Shown here: positions 52,633 through 64,000 of the stretch, in pieces
How the letters are laid out: each line of letters opens with the position of its first letter
How positions within the stretch are numbered: the first letter of the stretch is position 1
Source of the DNA: Octopus vulgaris
Lineage: Eukaryota
Assembly: GCA_951406725.2 (NCBI GenBank)
Contig: OX597828.1
Coordinates: 4,836,001 to 4,900,000 of the forward strand
Length of the DNA stretch: 64,000 nucleotides
Direction of reading: 5' to 3'
Notes under the pieces: generated by a model
Databases searched by the model: none
The model's input: only the letters and a program-made list of their open reading frames with translations
Told to the model about the DNA's origin: nothing
Made by a program: the position numbers and the translations under genes

Positions 52633-53232
52633 ACTTTAAATTTTATATGTTTTTGTTATTGGCGCGATTGACATTTGCGCCAATAACAAAAATCCAAGCT
52701 TCGGAATTTCCCCCCTCTACCAATACAGTTACGATACAACCTGGCACCAACGAATCAGTAGAGAGATTCTCTTTATTACAAAATACTGACACCTTTTGAA
52801 CGCGTCTACATCAAACGACATATCCACTACGGACTCAGAATAACACAAATACACACGCAAATATTAAAAATTATACACTCAAGAGAATTCCCAAGAATTC
52901 ATTAAAGAACAATCCCAATCACTGTTATAATCCATAACGAGCCAATATTAAGTCATTCGACTATTTAACATCTTACTACGTTCATACTACCAACTTTCCA
53001 TCTTATTCTCCCTTCTCTTTCTTCTTTGTCTTCTTCCTCCTCCTTCCTAACTTTACCACTATTGCTGTTTAGAACAACACCTACGCAAATTTTATAAACA
53101 AAACATTCAAAAGAGATGTTTCAGCAATTCAACAATTACTACTACCATCCACAGAGGAGCACTTGACCATTCTACTACCAATCACAGCGGGCAGTTGACC
53201 ATTTAACATACTACTGTCATGGTACTCCCACA

Positions 53233-53355
53233 TTCTTCTTCTTCTTCTTCTTAAAAATTTTCTTCTTCTTCTTCTTCTTCTTCTTCTTCTTCTTCTTCTT
53301 CTTCTTCTTCTTCTTCTTCTTCTTCTTCTTCTTCTTCTTCTTCTTCTTCTTCTTC
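53233..53355. repeat. (TTC)n array
   Basis: Visible; the source of the poly-R ORF. Confidence 0.95.
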
Positions 53356-53426
53356 CCACCAAAAATTCACAACGACCTCGAACCCACAAGACTAAACAAG
53401 AGAGACAGAGACAGGCCGAATATATA

Positions 53427-53486
<60 letters not shown>

Positions 53487-54819
53487 ATATATATATATAT
53501 ATATGTATGTATTTTTTATATAGATATACATATTTCTCTGTATTTGTTTTGAACTTGTTTCCATATTGAAAATTTGTATGCTAGTTTGTTTTCTTTAGAC
53601 ATATTTCTACGATAAATTCTTCTTTTATGACTTGTCATTTCAAGTGAGCATGGGTGAGACAGTTAATTGTGATTTATAAGGTTAGAATTTTCGAGTCTTT
53701 TAAGCTAAGCTCTTGTGTATTTACTATCTCTTCTTTTTACTGAATCCAAGCATTGAACTATCTTCTAGCTACTCTTTTAACATTATGTCTCAAACTTTTA
53801 CTCGTCCACTTTCTTTCACTGATTTTGTCCAATTAATTTTTGGTTTGATATAGTCGTGACCAGTACGAATGAATAAAATGTTGGTGTTGACTAAAGCAAA
53901 TCGCATTTTGGCGTTATCCAAATTTAGAGAATTTAATATCTAAAATTTCATAGATTCCTTGAGCACTCATTAAAATATCACTCGGAAGATTTGTTTCGGA
54001 AAATATTATTTACAATAAATATTTTTGCCGGAATGATTCGCTAGATTGCAATATCAAGTTTGAAAGCATTGCCGGAAACTATGGGTAAAAGTGTTCTAAA
54101 ATATAGCCTCTAGGTATCCCGGGACTTGTGGATGAAACTTGCTTATATATACAGTTGGTAATCAATAAAATGTACACACATATATATACAGAGTTATATA
54201 CACCCACCACACACGCATACACATTCACACACACACACAGAGAAAAATAAACTCAAGACGTTTCTTCAGTGTGGTGAAGTGGAATGAACGATGCCAGTAA
54301 GAGAATAGATGCTAATAAAGTGATTTTTTCTGTATATAATCTGAACAATATAACACCGTATTGTACCTGACAATGTTGGTGACTTTCTCGAACTATTCTG
54401 CCTCGAAGGTTCGGAGACATTCTGACAGGAAGCATAGATGCTCCTCTGGCGAGAGACCAGATTCTGACAAATTACCTCACCTGGTTGCACGTCACTTGCA
54501 GTCTTTATAAAATACGCAGTATGAAACTCGAACAAGGGTGCTCGCAGGAGGACACACAGAAAGAATTTCAGCCAGAGCTTTGGCACCCTCAACCAACACA
54601 AATGAAGATGAGAACGGGCAGAAAATAAAGTTAGGACATGTGTAAATAACCAACAATACCATGTATTGTATTATATGATGGATTGATTATTTATACAACG
54701 ATTGCATTTCGTTATAAAGAAAGACAATGGCGTGGAGAATTAAATGCCAGTCAACCGGTAAAAAACATCAACTGCAACGTTATTAAAGGGAGTAAATACG
54801 AGCAATAAAAACACTATAC

Positions 54820-54870
<51 letters not shown>

Positions 54871-56280
54871 TCGGACAGATAGACGATACGAAGGCGGACA
54901 AGAGAAACAACAATTAGAAGGACAGGCAAATAAAAAGACGGGTCATTCGTGGCCTTCTTTCCTCAGTCAAGTGCCATAAGTCACAACCATTTCGGGCAGT
55001 TGCACTTGAGGTGGTTCGATCTGGTTGCTCCCCAAACAGTCTAAGCTAAGAGCATTAGACACCTATACATACATACAAAAGCAAAAGGCACAGCAGCAAC
55101 AATGTTAATATCAAAAACACCAGCAAAAATAGCAGCTTATTTTCATCATTCTTAACTCAATTTCACATATATTCTGAAGTACGCCATCCAAAATGCACAA
55201 CCATAACAAAAATATTTACAGTCATACAATTTACAAAAGATGATGCACATAAAAAAAAAAATTGTGCCGAAACGAACAAGACAAAAATAAACTTCTGAAA
55301 GTGATGAAACCAGGCATTTACTGAGACGGAAATAGCGGTCATTTTTTTTTATGACTACGAACTTCGAAAACAAGTTTGTTTTTTCCTACTATTTCGCAAA
55401 CTAACATGACCTATAAATGTGTGTGTTCTGACACTACGCGTGAGAGCAGTGACATGTGCTGAATGACCAGGTCACAAAATCAAGATATCGCAGCACTAAT
55501 AAGGATTACCAACAATTTCATAATATACTTCGTTGGCTACCGAACAGACGCCTCTTTCGTCTCGCCTTGTTCAATCGGTGCGAAATTTTGAACATTTACA
55601 GATACGGAAGTAAACAGACGGTACCTAGCACGAAATGGTAGTTCGGCGGAGATTGGAACATATGCAACATGTGATTTGGTTGTGTTTCGTTTCATTGTAA
55701 CATGAATGGAAAATTGCAAAAGCGATGGTGCGGCAAGCATGCCATGATTAGATAGAATTTTCATTAGATTAATTGGTAGTATAAGATATCAGCATTGACG
55801 GTTGATTGGTCAAAGGGCTGATTCGTAGTATGTTTAATCAACACAGGAATGACACGTTTCGAGTATTAGTTAAGTAGATGTTTTATAGCATCAGAGAGAG
55901 TAAGAAGCGTCTTTAGTGATTATATTAAACTAAATTAAAATATGCAGTTTTAATAGAATGCGGTAGAGATGTCAGTAAAATAAACAATTTAAGTGATATC
56001 TCTCACTTTTAGTAAAAATACAGTCAGTAAACGGAAACACTAGTACATTAGAAGCTGAGTCAGTCAACCTCACAGAAGACGCAATGAGAAATGGTAACAC
56101 TTACGAGGACGTATACATATATATCTGTACGTTACATACACACGCACACACACAGATGCACACATACATACACATGAAAATATAAATATATGTGTGTGTT
56201 GATAAACACATACATGTATGCACATATATCGATCAATCTCTCTATCTACCTATTCATCCACATTTATATATGTATATATG

Positions 56281-56348
<68 letters not shown>

Positions 56349-57224
56349 CGTATACATATATATGTACATATTGTATAAGTATATGCTGATGTGTGTGCGT
56401 GTATGATAGTGTCTAAATAGATAAAAAGGAAGAAAAATATATATGTGATGATAGAATGTTGGGCAAATTGTATCTCACTAAACTACTTTAATTAAACATT
56501 TCTGATACGAAATTGCAACTCAATTAAGAAAATATTACTCTTAGAAAATATCACTTATTTTACGTCCATCTATCCTCCATACTTACCTTAGCAACTATTA
56601 CATCAATAATTCTCTTCTTTTTCCTCTTTCTCTGCTGGCATCAATTGGATTATAGACCAATTCTAACATAATTACACAGACCGGTTTATTGAATATTATC
56701 GATTATATATCAGGCAAGATTTTAACATCTGAATCCAAGCGAAATCAAGCTAGAAAATGCCTGAAGCAATCAGAATTATACACAAAAGTCTTTTTCCTAT
56801 CAGGTGTTTCGTTCATTTTACTATTCTACTACATTGATCAACAATTGTTATATCCAATTAAGTTATTTTAAGAGAATGAAGCATCTTAACATGAAATGGC
56901 AATGTAATTAAAGTTAGTTCTGAAGCATTTGTCTTAGATTATTGCCGTTCGATCTAATTACAATCCGTTGGTTCTTTTAGTAACTTTCGTGTTCCTACAG
57001 GAATGTTTCCTTTCATGGTTTAGCTGACATCATTCATGCACCATCTCTCTTCATATCATCTGATGTATTATATAATGCTTTCCGACGTACCATTGATTTT
57101 CTATACAGCATGTACATTTTTCTATAAATTTAGCGCCGTGGAAATGCCTATTGTTAGATACATATAAATATAATGACGATGTAAATGATGATAATAATGA
57201 TAATAATTATATTTATAATAAAAT

Positions 57225-57739
<515 letters not shown>

Positions 57740-59567
57740 CGGGTGGATCGCTGCTTTATACAGCAACATCGGCTCGGTGATACGGGTGAACGGTCACTTT
57801 TCGGAACCGTTCGACATATCGCGTTCGGTCCGCCAAGGTTGCCCTCTCTCCTCTCTCTTGTACATATTGACTCTCGAGCCATTACTGCGCAAGTTGGAGG
57901 CTTTGAGGGGTATCCCGCGCGATCTAGGAGGCGGAAACAGCGTGTCTGCCTATGCCGACGACGGCCTGATTGGCGAGACACTAAACGAGTACGAAGCGGT
58001 GACAGGGGCAAAGATTAACGCGGAAAAGTCTGTGGGCTTGCAACTGGGCACCTGGAGAGGCAAGCCCATACCGTCCAACAGCGTCGTAGGGCGCTGGACA
58101 GATTGACTCACTAAACTGCTCGGGGTCTGGTTCGGTCCGGACCTCCAGGTGGATAAAAACTGGGAAGAGGTGACGAGCAGGGTGGCATGTCTCACCCAGA
58201 AATGGGCCGAGAGGAAGCTGTCCCTGAAAGGTCGAGCGGAGGTGGCGAATGCGTACATCGCATCCGTCATGTATTACCGCTTGACCGTCGTCCCTTGTCC
58301 CAACCGCTGGTTGGCCAAGCAGCTTGGCCCAAGCTGGTACGCATGCTCTTCGACTTTTTGTGGAAGGGTCAGGTGCCACTGGTCAGGCGATCCATCTGCT
58401 GTCAACGACCGCTGAACGGAGGCCTTGGAATGCCGTGGTTACTGATGCGCAGACATGCGCTCAGGCTGCGACATCTCAAGCGTTTCCTAGACGGTGAACA
58501 GGTGTGGTCGTCCTTTGTCAGACGCGACTTTCCGCAGCTCGTCTCTTTGACAGAGCTGCAGACCTGGATCAAACGTAGACCGAGAAAGGGCGCTTGGCAC
58601 CTCGAGTGCCGTCAAGCTCTCTCCGCCCTCCGCCAGGCGGGCAATGCGATCGGTTTCAGCTCCACTCTAGCGTTCTATAGAGGGTTAGTAGAGGAAAAAT
58701 GCGACGACGTTCTCGGGGAAACACTAGGCGTTGACGATAACGAACTGAGCGGTCTGTTCGGAAGGACTTTCGGGCCGGGGCCAATGGATAATTTCCAGAG
58801 GTCGCTCGCTTGGCAGTGTTACCGAGGGGCTCTGCCTGTTCAGGATAGACTCTACCGGCACGGAAGTGCCGTTAGCCGGGCCTGCCCGAGATGTTGCCAG
58901 GACGACGAAACCGTTCTACACGCACTCGTCCAGTGCCCGAGTATTGCTGAACTATGGGTTTATATCGAACAGCTACTGTCACGTGTAGGACGGATTCGGC
59001 TATCAGCCGAATCCATAGTGAAGATTGCCCCGCCGACCCCCTTTAACAAGGAGGGCGAGGCCGTTTTCTTGTGCCTAGTGGCTGTGGCAAAAGAGGTTGT
59101 ATGGTGGACCTGTTTGAAAGGGCTAAAGTCAGACACTTTCCTCTTTGGTCAAGGCCTCATCAACTTTTTCAAGTTTCACTTGAAAAGGAAGATGAGATTA
59201 AGAGAGGAGAGTGCTGTCCGATAGCAAGTTTTCTGAAAGGTGGGTGAATTGTGCGAGAATGGCCAGTATAAATGGACCAATTCTCAGGTTTCGCCTGTGA
59301 TTGAAAAAGGTTTTATAAAAAGAGAAAGGGGCTCTCTACCCCCCTTTTGACCAGGCTCCCGTTGGCTTTTATGGGGGTTTTTCCACCAGGAACCTTTCGA
59401 AGCGCCTCCCTCTATTGGGAGATTTTCGTTGTTATATTATTTGATTGTTACACTGTTTTTACACGATTTTTTCACAAACGGACAAAACCCTTCGTGACCT
59501 TTCGTCCTGTTTTGTCCCTTTATGTTTTCTAATCATATGTATCAGCCCTTGTGGCCAATAAAAAGAA
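57740..59567 (+). mobile_element. 5'-truncated L1/Tx1-type LINE (RT, zf-RVT/CCHC, 3' UTR, AATAAA, (TAT)n tail)
   Basis: RSVRQGCPLSSLLYILTLEPLL, VSAYADD, CPRCCQDDETVLHALVQC; AATAAA at 59557-59562. One stop (58104-58106), a frameshift near 58320, and an in-frame deletion right after YADD relative to the 21750 copy. Confidence 0.95.
58187..59224 (+). pseudogene. Longest ORF in the window (345 aa): C-terminal part of Tx1 ORF2, not a host gene
   Basis: LFDFLWKGQVPLVRRSICCQRPLNGGLGMP and CX2CX8HX4C are L1-clade ORF2 features; the first ~48 aa are out of the true frame. Confidence 0.85.
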
Positions 59568-59577
59568 TGTATTATTA

Positions 59578-59636
<59 letters not shown>

Positions 59637-59667
59637 GTTATTATTATTGTTGTTGTTGTTGTTGTCT

Positions 59668-59880
59668 TTGCACAGTTTCTAACGCTGGAGATGTATTACA
59701 GTGTCAGTTCTTCACTACCAGTATATTAAAGAAGCACTTCATGTTTTTCGAGCACCATCCGGAGTATTCAAGCGGTTCCAAGCAGTGCCGGTTTCTGCAA
59801 GTGCTCCGCCCTAATTGAAGCCCATATTTGTTCCATGTACTTCTCAAAATTTTTACTCACTATTCCCAGGGCTTCGACCA
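59668..59880 (-). mobile_element. R4/Dong element extreme 3' end (RLE C-terminus plus short 3' UTR) running into (CAA)n/(TAA)n
   Basis: VEALGIVSKNFEKYMEQIWASIRAEHLQKPALLGTA*ILRMVLEK matches the R4/Dong C-terminal pattern VGALG...LQKxALLGTARILRxVL. Confidence 0.85.
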
Positions 59881-60215
59881 CCAGGCACATGAATTACAAG
59901 CATACGTTCACGACATGGTGATGTTATATCAAGATAAACAGCGCATGGTTTTGCAGAGAGGGGCCAGTTAGAATTTTCTTCAGACCGAGTAGCCCATCTC
60001 GCTCAAAAAGGTTCCTGAATAAGGGTTGTTTAAGGATCTTGAACAACGCATCCATGTTTTCAGAGGTGAATTATCCAAACCCCAAAGAATTCCTATCAAA
60101 ACATGCCTATGATCCTGCCCCACTACTTCAGCTCGTGATTAGAGATGCACATATCTTCAGCTACCAAGGGAAATGCTTAACTGGTTAAATTCGAACAACT
60201 GACAAGCAAATCTGT
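59881..60215. mobile_element. Internal partial copy of the ~555-bp repeat
   Basis: Matches 21133-21466 (ATCAAGATAAACAGC, GAATAAGGGTTGTTTAAGGAT, CAACTGACAAGCAAATCTGT). Confidence 0.9.
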
Positions 60216-60259
60216 ATTTCTTTTCATCATGTGTTGGGAGTCTTTGACTTTGTGCCGCA

Positions 60260-61560
60260 ATTAAATTTCCATAAAATTCCTCTCGCTTTGAGTTTCGAGA
60301 TTCGCAACCATTTTGGAGATTTCTCCTTTGTTGTTTCGTTTGTGTTTAGCTGATCTCAGCATTTGCCATGGAAGGGCTTCTCTTTCCATTATGTTATTAT
60401 AGTACTTTGTAGTTCCAATTTCGCTTGGATCTTAGTCTCTTTAAATCTCTTGTTGTTTCTTCTTTTCTTCATAATTGCCAACTGTTATAATCTCTCTCAT
60501 ATTTTCGACTTCTTTCAAGATTGAAAACAGTTTCTTGGTTTGCTTATGCTTTTTGGCTTCTCTGATTTGATATTTCTGCTGTCCCGTAGTAAATATAAAG
60601 TAGTTCTATAGATGTATAAGCCCTACATTACCTTAAATTTGTTGCATTCATAACCATTCTATGTCAGATTTAGGGTAGTGTATTCTAAGTTCCATCATTA
60701 GTTTTGTTGTGTTATAGTCTGTGACCTATAAATGGGAAAGTTAGTGTACTCATACCTATGGTCTTATTTTTCGCATTGTATTCTCTTTTAAGTAATAATC
60801 TAACTCGTCTATTGTATTTCTTCCTTATCTTCACTTTCATTTGTGTGCGCTGTGGCGTATGTAGTTCATTGATTCCTAAGTATTTGCATGTCTAGTTTTG
60901 GTCTAGTTCTCTTATTTCATTTTTTCTATCTAATGTGATATTGTTATGCATAACTAATTTTCCTTTTTTCACTGTTAGCTTGGAGCATTTTCCTAAGCTG
61001 AATTTCAGATTTACTTATTGCTAAATACATGTAGTGTCAGCAATAATGTTGTCAGTTCGTTGTCCTTTGCAGCATATATATAGCTTAAGGTCATCTTTAG
61101 ACAAAGGATAGCGATTGTGTTACCATAGCAGTTGCACCCTCATTCACGTCTGTTGAAGACATCAGTGTCAGATAGAAATATAAGTGGACAGAGTGAGTCT
61201 CCTTGCAATATTCCTCTTCTAATGAGGATGGCATTGCTATTTATAATCCCTTCATTTGTCTGGAGCTACAGAAATGTTTGACAATTATTTCTGACATCTC
61301 TCATACTTTTTTTTTGTTTTCATTATTTTTGTTCATGGGAGGCGTTTCCAGAATCCATATGTATGGAATACTGTCAAAAACCTTGCGGTAATCGATCCAA
61401 GCCATATTTCGACCCTTCCTTTTCTTTTGGAAATCTTGAATGATCGTTTTGTTGGATAATAACTGGTCTTTACAGCCAAAGAAGCCGTTATAACATCCCT
61501 TCTGTTCTTCTGTTTCTTCTAGATGTTTGCCCATCCTCTGTGGTGCTATTGCCGTTTAGA
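60260..61560 (-). mobile_element. R4/Dong RT fragment, decayed
   Basis: GCKDQLLSNK, MAWIDYRKVFDSIP..WI, RRGILQGDSLCPL, SKDDLKLY, HPKSD. Confidence 0.8.
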
Positions 61561-61589
61561 CCCTCTGTAGTGCTAGTGCCGTTTAGGGG

Positions 61590-63560
61590 TTTTCAATTAT
61601 AGGGTGACTTGTTATTTTGAAGTTTCAATGGGACTGAGCCCAACACTTCAATCACCACTGGTATCACTTTTACATTACCCTCTCTCATTCCATACAGTCT
61701 AACCATTTCCACTTTCAATTCGGAGTACTTGGTGATTTTTTCAACCTCTTTCCTCACATCACTCATAGGATTTGGTACGGCTACATCAATGATCTGACAG
61801 TATTTGTCCCTCTTATTCAATATGACAATTTCCGGCAGAAGGCGTTCGATTACACGATCCGTGGGAAAATTAGATTTCCATAGTATTGTTACTTTGGTTA
61901 AACCCCTCCTTGCCCATCATTTCATCTGCATCTTTATCTTTCGCGGCATATTGCAGCATGTCTTCATCACTATTTATCAAATTACTTGGCAAGCGTTCTC
62001 TTTTCATTTCTTATACAATGGTCTATATTAATTAGTCCTCTGCCACCATTCGTTCTTTTCATATACAGTATGTTTACGCTTGCTTTAGGGTATAGCGCTC
62101 CATGCAGCATCACCAACTTTATCGTCCTTCTATCCAGTGTTGATATTTCCTCCTTGATTTCAACACCATTTTTAGGCTTTTTGATACGTCACGCTGACCT
62201 TGACTTACATTTCTCTGTGTAGAATGTCATCCAGCTCCAAAATCCCCAAATATCTATATCCACTACCGTCGGGTTCACTCATGGTCTCTCCTGATGATAA
62301 CCGCAATCCTGTGCAGGCTGCGTTCTTCCTTCTTTTCATATTAAGTACTGAGCATTTGGTAATCCTAAATTCCGTACCGATGTCCCTGCCACACTTCTAG
62401 ACTGTTTTGGTTAAGGAATCTATCTCTTTTTCAGATTTTCCAAACAATTTCAAGTCATCCATAAATAGAAGATAGTCCAATGACGGGCCTTTCTTCCCAC
62501 AACGGTAACCCATCTTGACTTTCCTAAGTGTCATTGTTATGGGTATTAGTGCAATTACAAAAAGTAACGAAGAAAACGAGTCACCTTCGAAGATACCCCT
62601 TTTAGTATTAACTTCTCAAAGGAATACATTACTTGAGTACAATTTCGTGAGAACAATTCCAGTATTTTCCAGATTATGTTTAGGCATGCTATGGGACGCT
62701 AGTTTCTCTCAATATTCCCCTTTCTTCTATATTTCATTACAATTGTTTTCCTCCCAGTCACCATCCACGCGGGGACTGTACCTTTCTGGACACACTCATT
62801 CAATTAGGTTGCTAGTCTTTCATGCATCTCTTCAGCCAAAAGCCATGAATCCCGTCTGGTCCGAGGGCGTTCAAGTCAGGCACTTTATCCACTTGCTCTT
62901 TCAAATCACCCGTGCTTATTAACAATATTCCTTTGTTTCTTTCTTCCTTGTGATTCTGTCTTGATAGTTCCTATCCACATTGCATCTCTTCTATGAACCA
63001 CATTGTTTCCCCATAATCCGCTCCAGAACTCCTTGGCTTGATTCGCATCAGGAGCAACATTTTCCCTATTGTCTCCTTCTAACGTTTGGAAGAATTGCTT
63101 CGGTTATTTTTGAACAATCTGTTCCTTTCGAACTATTTCTTTCTGATCACAAATCATCTGATCTTCTGGCTTTTTGCGATGATCCCCTGTTTTACCTGCT
63201 CTGTCACTGCATCAACCCTATTCTTCCGTATTTTATATTTCTTCTTTAATTTTTCTCGGTCACTCTTTTCCCCATTTATCCAGTTTCCTCTTAACCATTG
63301 CTCAATTTTTCCTAGATCTTACCTTGCTCGCATTACGTCCCTTTCATTTCATCATTTCCACCATGGATCTTTTGCTCCACCATTTTCTGTTCTCTTAAGT
63401 TGTAATTTCTCCTCAACAAATAGCGCAAAAGCTCGGAGAATATTCCTCATTTGTGTTACGTCCTTCGCCTGGATGTATTTTATGACGGTATTTATCTTCT
63501 GTGTTACTTTGTTTATTACACTCCTACGTACCCTTCTCATATTCATGGGGATTTTTCCTT
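61590..63560 (-). mobile_element. Another R4/Dong element, internally deleted (N-terminal region, RT, RLE)
   Basis: DPWWK; RGIFEGDSFSSLLFVIALIP; LLFMDDLKLFG at ~62440-62475; YLGILE; RRLLPEIVILNK..CQIIDVAVP..EKITKYSELK..VIPVVIEVLG. Confidence 0.85.
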
Positions 63561-64000
63561 ATTGAGTATTCACCAAGTCGTTAACTCGTCTTTGAATTTC
63601 AAGTAATTCATTGAAGGGAATAGTAGGAGGAAGAGTAGCAGCTTGGTGAATAGACCAAGTTCTACAGGTCTATAAATAGATTCGGCGGATGGTGAGGAGG
63701 TCAGCATTGGACATTCTTGTGCGATAAAGAGACAAAAGAGGCCTCCACCCTTTGGGTCAGCAGAGGCCAAATGTGTTTACTACTACTAGCGATCAATGAG
63801 AACACTGACCTTGGCCTTTAAAAGAACCAATTCACTTTGTTCCATTCTTAATTACTGATAGAAAAAATAATAATATATACAGTGATGTTCACATCGTTGA
63901 ATTTTTGAATTTCTGAATTCTTTTTATAAGTTTTGCTGTGGTTTACAGTTTTTGTAATTGTGCAGTTTGTATATATTGGCAGGTGATTACCTCCTTAATT

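Overview
Eukaryotic, AT-rich, microsatellite-dense DNA with no intact protein-coding gene that I can support. The two abundant tRNA-derived SINE families, the LINE mix and the (AT)n/(CA)n/(ATCT)n/(AAT)n tracts resemble a coleoid cephalopod (Octopus-like) intron or intergenic region; this assignment is inference. Most of the window is decayed transposons: L1/Tx1-type LINE pieces (best preserved at 57.7-59.6 kb), R4/Dong RLE LINE pieces (23.2-24.1 and 59.7-63.6 kb), Penelope-like RT and GIY-YIG pieces, a Ty3/Gypsy relic, two Tc1/mariner relics, a CR1-type endonuclease scrap and about 15 SINE copies. Nearly all ORFs in the supplied track are microsatellite artefacts or TE fragments. The most notable signal is at the RNA level: several minimal type I hammerhead ribozyme folds with palindromic stem III. 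These include a ~350-bp hammerhead-bearing tandem unit found at two loci (3.9-4.8 kb and 48.6-49.1 kb), both with 5' inversions, which fits a non-LTR retrozyme / Penelope pLTR family. One fold (50.1 kb) has a swapped G3-C8 core pair. Also present are a young 997-bp foldback element with 178-bp arms, an old ~700-bp foldback, a SINE tail shared with the Tx1 LINE 3' end, and two weak candidate host exons on the minus strand. All calls come from manual reading and translation; nothing was searched against databases.
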